Source of the DNA: a bacterium
GTDB lineage: Bacteria; Acidobacteriota; HRBIN11; JAKEFK01
Length of the DNA: 64,000 nt
Reading direction: 5' to 3'
Assembly: GCA_022616075.1 (NCBI GenBank)
Contig: JAKEFK010000211.1
Coordinates: 14,164 to 78,163 of the forward strand
Both the position numbers and the translations under genes were made by a program. Of this stretch, positions 9,640 to 18,368 are shown in pieces. The notes beneath the pieces were generated by a model. The model made no database searches. It was not told the origin of the DNA and saw only the letters and a program-made list of their open reading frames with translations. How positions within the stretch are numbered: the first letter of the stretch is position 1; every line of letters begins with the position of its first letter.

Positions 9640-10004
9640 TGGAACTTGCAAGAATAAAATGTGAAGCCTGCCGCAGGGATGCTCCCCAGGTTACGGAAGC
9701 GGAACTGGCGGAATACAAGCCGCAAATCCCTGATTGGAAGCTTGTGGAACGAAATGGAATTCGCCAGCTGGAACGGAGCTTTTCTTTCAAGGATTTCGCT
9801 GAGGCTCTTGCGTTTACGAATCAAGTAGGCGCGCTGGCGGAATCAGAGAATCATCATCCGGCAATTCTCACGGAGTGGGGCCGCGTCACGATATCGTGGT
9901 GGACTCATAAGATCAAAGGCCTTCACCGCAATGACTTCATTCTAGCAGCCAGAACCGATATTGTTTTTAACCGCCAAGACGCCAAGACCGCCAAGTCACG
10001 ATAG
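9639..10004 (+). CDS. phhB: Pterin-4-alpha-carbinolamine dehydratase
   Basis: [35 protein letters not shown]. Confidence 0.93.
   Translation: MELARIKCEACRRDAPQVTEAELAEYKPQIPDWKLVERNGIRQLERSFSFKDFAEALAFTNQVGALAESENHHPAILTEWGRVTISWWTHKIKGLHRNDFILAARTDIVFNRQDAKTAKSR
9969..9995 (+). repeat. Solo triplet-repeat arm AACCGCCAAGACGCCAAGACCGCCAAG inside the phhB 3' end
   Basis: Three GCCAAG units at 8-9 nt period; same arm at 21467, 60122 and 63556. Confidence 0.85.
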
Positions 10005-10005
10005 T

Positions 10006-10434
10006 ATGGGCGGAAGTAATCCTTACATCAAAACAGGTGACATTGTCTTACCGAAGACAAAGTACTCAATTCGTTTTGAGCCGGAAGACCCATCGATGGG
10101 AGAAGCTGTGACCATTGAGGTGGATCCCGAGAGAATTCCTTATCACGAGACCGGCCAGCCGGGGAGCATACTCAGCACTGCTCTCGCATCGGGAATTGAT
10201 ATTGAGCATTCCTGCGGTGGTGTTTGCGCATGTTCGACCTGCCACATCATAGTCAAAGAAGGATTGGATACTTGCAATGAAGCAACCGATGACGAGCTGG
10301 ATCAGCTGGAGGAGGCGCGCGGCTTAACGATGCAATCGCGATTGTCGTGTCAAACTGTACCGGATGGAACCAAAGATGTGCGCATTGTGATTCCGGCCTG
10401 GAATGTGAACCTCGTCAAAGAAACCCCGCACTAA
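10006..10434 (+). CDS. fdx: 2Fe-2S ferredoxin (adrenodoxin/ISC type)
   Basis: HSCGGVCACSTCH and SRLSCQ motifs. ATG 10006 (MGGSNPY) preferred. Confidence 0.92.
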   Translation: MGGSNPYIKTGDIVLPKTKYSIRFEPEDPSMGEAVTIEVDPERIPYHETGQPGSILSTALASGIDIEHSCGGVCACSTCHIIVKEGLDTCNEATDDELDQLEEARGLTMQSRLSCQTVPDGTKDVRIVIPAWNVNLVKETPH

Positions 10435-10516
10435 TTTCACCGCAGAGAACGCAGAGGCCGCGGAGATAAAACAAAATCTTTTTTTCTCTGCGATCTCAGC
10501 GCTCTCGGCGGTGAAA
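10435..10516. repeat. Inverted-repeat element with 32-bp triplet-repeat arms
   Basis: TTTCACCGCAGAGAACGCAGAGGCCGCGGAGA versus reverse complement of 10485-10516: 26/32 identical, 18-nt AT-rich spacer. Confidence 0.88.
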
Positions 10517-12493
10517 AATTGAAAGGATTTTGTCGCCGACTTCCGTGCGATCCACGACATCCATTCCGGAAATTACTTCACCGTAAATCGTGTAGTTCCC
10601 GTCTAGATGGGGTTGGCGCGATTGCGTTATGAAGAATTGCGATCCGCCTGTATCCTTGCCTGCAATGGGCATTCCCACCGTTCCGCGTTTGTAAATCAGA
10701 AGATTCACCTGATCATGGATCACCTTTCCTGCTCCGCCCCAGCCATCTCCCCGCGGGTCGCCGCCCTGTATCACGAAATTCGGCACGACGCGATGAATGC
10801 GAAGTCCATTGTAAAAACCGCCGTCAGCTAGTTTCCTGATATTCTCGGCGTGCAACGGCGCATCGCAACCTGACAAACGGATCACGACATCCCCTTTCTC
10901 CAGTTTCATCGTGATCTCAATGGAATCTTGCGGCCGGCCGAAGTCCGGTGAATATTCATTCATTTTTTTTGCCGGCACTTTTCCTTGCTGATAAAGAAAA
11001 TCTTCCGGATCCTTCGGATCGCCCTTCCAGTGGTATTGTGTTCCGACAAGTTTTTTGATTCCATCGATCGCATGGCGGCGAATTGTGTATTCGGGATCCA
11101 GCAGCGCCCGCTCAAAAATCGGCATAGCTTCAGATGTATTGAAGTCAGCCAGAACATCGAGAAGCGCCACTCGGCCTTCCACTTCAGAAGGATCACTGGA
11201 AGCATCATAAGTTTTGATCAATGCAGCGAAAAACCTGCGTTCTTTTGTTTTGCCCAGCGCATCGACCGCTGTGGCCCGTAACGCAAAATCCTTATGACCG
11301 AGCAACGGCAGGAAAACCTCAGCAGTATCAGGCAAGTATTTCGTTAAAGAATCGAACGCAGCCAGCCTGACAGCGGAATCGGAATCCTGACTCAGAACTT
11401 TCAACATAGGAATTGCCGAACCGGCGGGCAGTTCAACAAGCGCCTGTGCGGTCCTCCAGCGCACCGTCCAGGATTCGTGTTTGGCTCCTTCCTGCAACAA
11501 CGACAGCGCATTCTCTTTTTGTGTCTTTGCTTGAGCCATAATCCAGCCACCGAGCAAACCCGCAGTAGCCGGACGTTCGTCAATTACACATCCCAATAGG
11601 CCCATTGCTTCCAGAGCTTTCATTCTGGTCAGATGGTTCATTGTGCTGTAGTGTTTTTGAATAGCCACACACGCAGTTTTATCATTAGAAGCGCCGATTA
11701 CATCCAGTGTATTTTGTTGAACTCGCGCATCTTTATGTTGAAGCAGACGTTCAACTTCTTCCTCTGTCAGCGGTTTTTTCATAGACCACAATGCTTTTAA
11801 AGCAAACAACAACGCGGAAGGATCTTCTGTAGACGGACTGGGTAACGGATTTGCAAGAACCTTGTGCAAAACGGCAAGGGAACGTTCGTCTGCCAAACGA
11901 TACAGAGCGTACACGTAACTCCATTGCGCCGGATCCTCTTCATTGGCCAATTCGATCAGAACATCCACGGTGCCTTTGTCTTTGATCAAAGCAAGAGCAA
12001 GCGCCGATTGTTCACGGAGAAACGCATTTTTGTCGCGAAGGAATGGGACCACCAAAACTGTCGTATCCAATCCTCCGATCCGGCCGATCGCCTCAATCGC
12101 AAGCCTTCGAACTTCCGCATCCTCATCTTTCAATAGACGCGCTGCAAACAATAAGCCGTTCTTGGACCGAATCTGTCCAATCGCAAACGCAACGTATTTT
12201 CTCACGTTAGCATTCTTGTCTTCCAACAACGGTTCCAAAAATGGCAGAATCGCTTGATTGCCGATTCGCGCTGCGGCCAGCAATGCTCTAATGCGAATCT
12301 GTTCTGATGGAAAACGAAAATAATCGGCAAGTTTGATGTCCGGCTCTGCTTCCAACATCCGCTCATTTTCGAGAATTGCGATGATTCGCAACGAATCGTT
12401 AGAAAACGCGCTCGAAGCAAGAAACATTAGAAGGATCAACGCCAGGATTCTCCCCCTTATGAAGGGGGAGACTAAGAGGGGGTTGGCATGCAT
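10496..12493 (-). CDS. Exported HEAT-repeat protein with C-terminal cyclophilin-type peptidyl-prolyl isomerase
   Basis: Multiple HEAT repeats; FYNGLRIHRVVPNFVIQGGDP, DTGGSQFFIT, HLDGNYT. Confidence 0.9.
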   Translation of the reverse strand: MHANPLLVSPFIRGRILALILLMFLASSAFSNDSLRIIAILENERMLEAEPDIKLADYFRFPSEQIRIRALLAAARIGNQAILPFLEPLLEDKNANVRKYVAFAIGQIRSKNGLLFAARLLKDEDAEVRRLAIEAIGRIGGLDTTVLVVPFLRDKNAFLREQSALALALIKDKGTVDVLIELANEEDPAQWSYVYALYRLADERSLAVLHKVLANPLPSPSTEDPSALLFALKALWSMKKPLTEEEVERLLQHKDARVQQNTLDVIGASNDKTACVAIQKHYSTMNHLTRMKALEAMGLLGCVIDERPATAGLLGGWIMAQAKTQKENALSLLQEGAKHESWTVRWRTAQALVELPAGSAIPMLKVLSQDSDSAVRLAAFDSLTKYLPDTAEVFLPLLGHKDFALRATAVDALGKTKERRFFAALIKTYDASSDPSEVEGRVALLDVLADFNTSEAMPIFERALLDPEYTIRRHAIDGIKKLVGTQYHWKGDPKDPEDFLYQQGKVPAKKMNEYSPDFGRPQDSIEITMKLEKGDVVIRLSGCDAPLHAENIRKLADGGFYNGLRIHRVVPNFVIQGGDPRGDGWGGAGKVIHDQVNLLIYKRGTVGMPIAGKDTGGSQFFITQSRQPHLDGNYTIYGEVISGMDVVDRTEVGDKILSIFHRRER

Positions 12494-12535
12494 TCCAACC
12501 TCCCCCTAACCCCCCTCCTTCATAAGGAGGGGGAA
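12449..12535. repeat. 87-bp nested palindromic element (CCCCCTT..AAGGGGG type) inserted in a gene 5' end
   Basis: Two internal hairpins (CCCCCTTATGAAGGGGG; CCCCTCCTTCATAAGGAGGGG) in inverted arrangement around GGTTGG..CCAACC. Confidence 0.8.
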
Positions 12536-12555
12536 TCGATGCCTGATCTCTTCCA

Positions 12556-14664
12556 TCATTTATTGTTTTGGAGACGCGAAAGCGCAGTTTCGACAAATGC
12601 TTGATCATCGGGAGTGAGGGAGTAGTTACCGAATCGTGCCTTGTAAAACAGATCCGTCAAAGACGCAACATCCTCATTCGAAGGAGCCGGCAAGACCTGC
12701 GTCACTTGCTCGGCAAATTCGAAAGGAGTGGCAGCCACCGGCTTGACGAACCCCTTTTGTTGCAACAACGCCAGCATCTCCTGATAAAACAGAATCGGTG
12801 ACCGGATTAACTCCAATTTTCGCTTACGCGCTTTGTAAAAGCGAACCGCGTAATAGATGAGGCCCGGCAGCAATCCAATTAGAACCAGGAGAAGGCGATT
12901 CTGCTTCCACATCATACGCCACCAGGCATGGGGACTTGTTGCATTGCTGGATTTTTCCCGCAGAGTCTCATTCAGTTTCCTGTATCGTTCACGTACAGAC
13001 GTAAGCACGTTGATCTGATCCTGCGCAGAGAAAATCAGGATATATCTGTCCCAGAAGAAACTGATCGAATCGAAAATCTTTCGCGGGTTGATGATTTCCC
13101 AGATCGAACGGCTTCCTCCGGGACCTGCCACAGTACGAGGAGAAGGATCAAACTGAACCCAGAGACCGTTTCCAAAATAAACTTCTACCCAGGAATGGGC
13201 ATCACTCTGACGAATGGTATAAAATTCTCCGATTTCATTGTACTCACCTTCCAAAAATCCATTCACCAGTCGGGATGGTATTCTAATGTGTCTTAACAAA
13301 AGAACCATCGCGGTAGCAAAGTATTCACAATGGCCCATTTTCTTTTTGAAAAGAAACTCGGAAACCGGATCCGTTGCTGATCGCGGCAAATCGGTTGTCG
13401 TGTACTGGTAATTCTTCTCAAGATAGGCCTGAACCAGCGCAGCGCGATCGTACTGATTGGTGGCACTACCTGTGATTTGTTGAGCCAGTGTCTCAATCTC
13501 CGGATTTCGTGATGGCAGTCTTACGAAATGGCGGATACTTTCTGTAGAATCAACCTGCCGTGATCTCAACTGTTCCGGAGAATAGACATTGATTTGACTG
13601 TAAACAACGTAATGTTCCGGTCTCCCCATACCGGTCAATGTTCCATTTACATCCCGGCTCACTGCAAAGAAATTGCCGTCGACTCTTGCGACTCGATACT
13701 GGCCAAAAATTACGCCCGAATCAATCGGAGTCAAGTAGACTTCTTGTTTCACAAGAGAAGCAGGATTATTGCCCTCTGGAGATACAACAAAAGTACTCAA
13801 AGAATCTTGAAACACAAAGTCGGATCCATGTCTGGAGACACCCCAGGACTTGCCGTCATACCTATTGAAAGCCACGCCGCGCCAATAAAAGCGATGACCC
13901 GCAGGGATTCGCTCGCCGTTTACACGGATACGCATTACTTCGCCCGTGTTTTCCTGAATCTTGGCAATATCTCCCAGCTCCACCTTCTTTGAAAAGCCGG
14001 AAACATGCTGTGTCTGATCCAGTTTCAGTCCACCAAAATATCCGAGCTGCGCGCGAGGCAAAACAAAGAAAATGCCAAGCGCAAACACCACCATTGTTAC
14101 GGTTGCAATTACGATAAATCCCCAGTAACGCGCGTGAAATAAGGAAAAAGGAAAGGGCTCGGTGGGATCTGATCTGATCCACATTTTGATCATAGTGATC
14201 GACAGGATGTTCCAGACAAAGAACAGCGAAAAAAGAAGGATCATGTAGAGCATTTCAATTTCAACGCTGAGGGCGGTAGCTGCCAGCATGCTCAGGAAAG
14301 TCAAAAGATACAGCTGGTAATAGTCTCGATGCGTTTGGAGATTAAAGAGCTTGTTGATGATGATGAAAATGAATAGATGAACCAGCGAAGGAGCAAGACT
14401 TCTTGTGAGCCAGAACCAATCTGCGAAAAAGAAAATCAGGTAGAGGAAGGAAACAATCTCCCAAAATGAGCCTCCGCGAGGACGATGCACGAAACCCAGC
14501 GTGAACAGGCTGAAGACCAATAAAATCGCAGAGGAAATCCACAATTTTTGGGTGAGCATCAGTGAGACGCCGCTCACAAAAACAAGCAAGTGAGCTCCAA
14601 ATCGCAGGGCAGAAGTTACCCTTTCGTGATTTGGATCAACAGGTTTGTTCACAGTTTGATTCAT
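12556..14664 (-). CDS. TgpA-family transglutaminase-like membrane protein (DUF3488 + TGase + DUF4129)
   Basis: N-terminal TM helices, FYWRGVAF, GHCEYFATAM (catalytic Cys), DAHSWVEVY, FDPSP. Confidence 0.9.
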   Translation of the reverse strand: MNQTVNKPVDPNHERVTSALRFGAHLLVFVSGVSLMLTQKLWISSAILLVFSLFTLGFVHRPRGGSFWEIVSFLYLIFFFADWFWLTRSLAPSLVHLFIFIIINKLFNLQTHRDYYQLYLLTFLSMLAATALSVEIEMLYMILLFSLFFVWNILSITMIKMWIRSDPTEPFPFSLFHARYWGFIVIATVTMVVFALGIFFVLPRAQLGYFGGLKLDQTQHVSGFSKKVELGDIAKIQENTGEVMRIRVNGERIPAGHRFYWRGVAFNRYDGKSWGVSRHGSDFVFQDSLSTFVVSPEGNNPASLVKQEVYLTPIDSGVIFGQYRVARVDGNFFAVSRDVNGTLTGMGRPEHYVVYSQINVYSPEQLRSRQVDSTESIRHFVRLPSRNPEIETLAQQITGSATNQYDRAALVQAYLEKNYQYTTTDLPRSATDPVSEFLFKKKMGHCEYFATAMVLLLRHIRIPSRLVNGFLEGEYNEIGEFYTIRQSDAHSWVEVYFGNGLWVQFDPSPRTVAGPGGSRSIWEIINPRKIFDSISFFWDRYILIFSAQDQINVLTSVRERYRKLNETLREKSSNATSPHAWWRMMWKQNRLLLVLIGLLPGLIYYAVRFYKARKRKLELIRSPILFYQEMLALLQQKGFVKPVAATPFEFAEQVTQVLPAPSNEDVASLTDLFYKARFGNYSLTPDDQAFVETALSRLQNNK

Positions 14665-15755
14665 ATTTCGATAATGGAGTCTTGACGCATCAGGTGTTGC
14701 CAGTCTTCCACATACAAATTGCGAGCGCCCGAACTAACAAGCCCGAGCCGTGAAGGAAACCGGCGCGAACGCAACTGAAGCACAAGCGTTTCCGGCGATC
14801 CCGGGAGCTCCAGTTTTTCACTCGAATAATCTTTTCCGTCCCATTCCGCGAGATAGGAAAGGAGCGGAATTATGGAAATTGCCGTATCAAATACCTTTCC
14901 GGGCAGTACGATTCGAGCATCAATCTCTTGTTCCCTGAAGAGAAATGCAAGAGAGGCGAGGAAACTGATCGCGGTTTCAAATACAGGATCGCGGGGCTTA
15001 TCCGGAAAGGAATCGAAGTACAAATAGAGATCGCGGCCCTGCTCCCGCTGGTACTCTTTTACGAGAAGTTTCTCCGCCTTTGCGGAGGCTTTCCAGTGAA
15101 TCTTTTTGCTCGAATCAAAGCTGTTATAGTCCCTCAAATGCAATAATTGCTGGCTATCGCCCCGATAGGGAGATTCTCGGAGAATCCCTTCTGAAAATCG
15201 AGAAAGAATGTCTTCAGAAAAACGATAGAGGTGAGGATACACCCGAACCGGTTGCTCCAGGAAATATCTGCGGATTTTCAAAAAGAAGGAGAATGGAAAT
15301 TGTGTTTGCAATTCCATTTCCTTGAGAGTAAAAACTCCGCGGCGCGAAAAAAGAAATCGCGCGTAACCGCTTGCATGATTCTGGGCAGGGATGTAGAAAA
15401 AATGACGGCTGATACTTGTGAATTTTGGATCGCGCACCGCAAAACGGATGGCAAGAGAAGGCAATTTCTTTTTTCGATTGGAAACAGAAATGTAGCAAAG
15501 CGATTGAACTCCCGCAAATAGATGATCAGGGAACTGCAACGTGGGATGCAAACCCTGCAGGATCCGGCGGCTGGCCATCCCCGATACAACGATCATTCCC
15601 AGCATCAATGAAAAAATCAGGTACAGAACATTGTTGCCGGTGTTCACCGCAGCCGCGCCGATCGCCAGCGAAAGAAGCATGAAGATCACTCCTTCCCGCG
15701 TGAATTCAACCGCAATGGGCATACGCGGCAACCGGAGCTTTATTGCAGATTGCAT
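14661..15755 (-). CDS. DUF58 domain protein
   Basis: AAVNTGNNVLYL, LRDYxxxDxxKKIHWKASAK, LLVKEY. Start may be ATG 15722. Confidence 0.88.
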   Translation of the reverse strand: MQSAIKLRLPRMPIAVEFTREGVIFMLLSLAIGAAAVNTGNNVLYLIFSLMLGMIVVSGMASRRILQGLHPTLQFPDHLFAGVQSLCYISVSNRKKKLPSLAIRFAVRDPKFTSISRHFFYIPAQNHASGYARFLFSRRGVFTLKEMELQTQFPFSFFLKIRRYFLEQPVRVYPHLYRFSEDILSRFSEGILRESPYRGDSQQLLHLRDYNSFDSSKKIHWKASAKAEKLLVKEYQREQGRDLYLYFDSFPDKPRDPVFETAISFLASLAFLFREQEIDARIVLPGKVFDTAISIIPLLSYLAEWDGKDYSSEKLELPGSPETLVLQLRSRRFPSRLGLVSSGARNLYVEDWQHLMRQDSIIEI

Positions 15756-15797
15756 ATTGAAGGGTCCCCTTTACTTTTGCAATATGCAATTTGCAAT
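15742..15797. repeat. Inverted heptamer-repeat pair (ATTGCAG/ATTGCAT)
   Basis: ATTGCAGATTGCATATTG at 15742-15759 versus reverse complement of 15780-15797: 17/18 identical. Confidence 0.7.
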
Positions 15798-15801
15798 GGC
15801 A

Positions 15802-17565
15802 TTAGGTCCACGTCAATTCGAGCTGTTTGGGAGATTTATTGTATTTAATACGCAAACTATGTTGACCGTTTTCTTTTACGTTAACAGTTATTCTTTTGGA
15901 AGCGGAAACACCTTTTTCTCTGCATACCACATGAACAAGAACATTGGTCTGTCCCACCGGAACCTGCAAGGAACCGGTGAGCTTTCCTTTATAATTACGA
16001 AAGATAAGCACTTTCTTTTTTTCTCCGGATAAACTTCCTTCAAAAGCAAGCTTATCGTTTGTAAAAATATAAAAAGATCCCGATGGAAATCCATGCTCGA
16101 ATTCGAAATCTAAAGAAGCCAGTTTGATTTCCGGAAGTGGTTGCAGCGTTACAGGAGTGACCTGCTGTATTTTTGGTTTCGGCGGCGCAGGTTTCGGAGT
16201 TTGAACGATATCGACTGGTGTTGGAGGGAGTGGCTCCAATTTTTTCTTTTCTTCCAGTGCTTTTTTCTCTACCACAAGTTCCAGGAATTTTTTTGCATCC
16301 TGATTCTGTGGATCGAGCCGCACGATATCGTTTAACTCTTTGATTGCTTTATCAAGCATGCTGTTCTCCACATACTTCATGGCAAGATCCCATTTAATTC
16401 TGATTGCATTCTGTCTGGATAATTCGGCGACAGGATCCGGCCGGTTCGATGCTACCGGTGTTTTTGGCATCCCTTCTTTATTCTCACTGGTAGATCGAAT
16501 TAAGAAAATGGAACCGAACGTTAAAGCAAGAACCAGCACGATCAGGATACCGAGGGAAGCCAATTTCCGTCTGCTTCCGATACCCGAGAGGGTCAGGTTA
16601 TGGGAGGCGGCAATGCTTTCGCGTGGCGCGCGAACTTCCCGATGTTCCGGCAACGGAGGTGGTGGTGAAGCGATGCCGGATGCAGTCGATTCCGGATCGA
16701 TTTCGCGGAGTTCTTCAATATCGCCGGTGATAGAGATTAAGTTTCTAATGTCACGGATCAGCTCAGATCCTGTTTGATACCGGTCCAGGGGATTCTTTGC
16801 AAGAAGCTTGATCAGGATTGCGTTATACGGCTCCGGAACATTGGGATTCAACGTGCGCGGCGGCACATGCAGGACATTCACAATGCGATAGGAAACGGTA
16901 TTGAAGCTGTCTCCTTGAAAAGGCCGTTCACCTGTCAGAAGCATGTAGAAAATAACACCAAGAGAAAAAAGATCACTGCGGCCATCGACCTGGGATTTCC
17001 CATCGATTTGTTCGGGTGACATATAATTCGGTGTGCCGATGAATTGTCCGCTTTGCGTCAGATCGGAGCTGGGAAGCCGGGCAATACCGAAATCCATGAT
17101 TTTCACTTTCATTCCGGGAAGGACGAGAATGTTGGCGGCTTTGATATCGCGATGGACGACCCCTTCGTTGTGAGCGTAGTTCAGCGCATCAGCCAGCTGG
17201 ATGATCATATTGTTGACGTCTTCCAGTGGCAGCAAAATCCCGCTGGCAGCAACTTCAGAGATGGTGGTTCCTTCGAGAAACTCCATTACTATGAAAGGAG
17301 TGCCTGTCTCCTTATCTTCATCAACATCAAAAATGGTGACAATATTGGGATGGCTGAGTTTGCCTGCCGCTTTTGCCTCTCTGTAAAAACGATTCAAATA
17401 GACATTCTTTTCTTCAGGCGTGACTTCAAAGGTGATCTGTATGGCTTTGATCGCGACTTCCCTTTCAATTACCGGGTCGTGAGCCTTGTATACAACACCC
17501 ATTGCTCCGCGGCCGATTTCGCGAATCACCACGTAGCGTCCCAATTTTCTGGGAATTGTGTTCAT
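15802..17565 (-). CDS. Membrane Ser/Thr protein kinase (PknB-like) with extracytoplasmic TPR-like and beta-sandwich region
   Basis: GRGAMG, VAIK, HRDIKAAN, DFG, GTPNYMSPEQ; one TM helix; Pro-rich linker. Confidence 0.92.
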   Translation of the reverse strand: MNTIPRKLGRYVVIREIGRGAMGVVYKAHDPVIEREVAIKAIQITFEVTPEEKNVYLNRFYREAKAAGKLSHPNIVTIFDVDEDKETGTPFIVMEFLEGTTISEVAASGILLPLEDVNNMIIQLADALNYAHNEGVVHRDIKAANILVLPGMKVKIMDFGIARLPSSDLTQSGQFIGTPNYMSPEQIDGKSQVDGRSDLFSLGVIFYMLLTGERPFQGDSFNTVSYRIVNVLHVPPRTLNPNVPEPYNAILIKLLAKNPLDRYQTGSELIRDIRNLISITGDIEELREIDPESTASGIASPPPPLPEHREVRAPRESIAASHNLTLSGIGSRRKLASLGILIVLVLALTFGSIFLIRSTSENKEGMPKTPVASNRPDPVAELSRQNAIRIKWDLAMKYVENSMLDKAIKELNDIVRLDPQNQDAKKFLELVVEKKALEEKKKLEPLPPTPVDIVQTPKPAPPKPKIQQVTPVTLQPLPEIKLASLDFEFEHGFPSGSFYIFTNDKLAFEGSLSGEKKKVLIFRNYKGKLTGSLQVPVGQTNVLVHVVCREKGVSASKRITVNVKENGQHSLRIKYNKSPKQLELTWT

Positions 17566-17621
17566 GGTATGATCAAATTATATATTTGTTTTAGGTCTGC
17601 GTCTTTCAGGAACAGTTTAGA

Positions 17622-18368
17622 TTGACCGAACCGGTATTTCCATCCAAATTTCTTTCCCTTCTCAAACGAGCTGAACGCGTGATGATCTCTACAGGAGCAG
17701 GAATTTCGACAGAAAGCGGAATTCCCGCATTCCGCGGGCAGGATGGCCTTTGGGAGAACTTCAAACCGGAAGAGCTTGCAACACCGGAAGCTTTTCAACG
17801 CAATCCGAAGAAGGTGTGGGAATGGTATGACTGGCGCAGGCAGAAGATCAGTCAAGTAGAACCGAACGATGGACATCGCGCTCTGGTTGAGATGGAATCG
17901 ATCTTTCCCAGAATGTTTCTGTTTACGCAAAACATAGATGGTTTGCATCAACGCGCGGGGAGTAAAAACGTTCAGGAGCTTCATGGAAGTATCTGGAGGG
18001 TTCGGTGTTTGAAAGAACGGAAAACGTTTGAGACTTTTCAAACGCCATTCGAACAATTGCCTCCGCATTGCGAGTGCGGGAGTCTGGTCCGTCCGGATGT
18101 TGTCTGGTTCGGAGAAGCTCTTCCACCGGACATCTTAGCGACAGCCTGGCAGGTTGCGGCGAATTGCGACATCTTCTTTCTCATTGGATCATCGGCAACT
18201 GTAGAACCGGCAGCGTCTTTCGGGTGGATTGCAAGGGAAAATGGCGCAGTTGTGGTCGAAATCAACGCAGAGATTACACCGGTTACTGAAATTGCAAATG
18301 AATGTTTTCTGGGGAAATCCGGTATCCTTTTGCCGAAGCTTGTGAGAGCGCTAAAGAATCATGGCTGA
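17622..18368 (+). CDS. cobB: NAD-dependent deacylase (class III sirtuin)
   Basis: GAGISTESGIPAFRG, YxxR, TQNIDGLH, HGS, RPDVVWFGE. Confidence 0.94.
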   Translation: MTEPVFPSKFLSLLKRAERVMISTGAGISTESGIPAFRGQDGLWENFKPEELATPEAFQRNPKKVWEWYDWRRQKISQVEPNDGHRALVEMESIFPRMFLFTQNIDGLHQRAGSKNVQELHGSIWRVRCLKERKTFETFQTPFEQLPPHCECGSLVRPDVVWFGEALPPDILATAWQVAANCDIFFLIGSSATVEPAASFGWIARENGAVVVEINAEITPVTEIANECFLGKSGILLPKLVRALKNHG

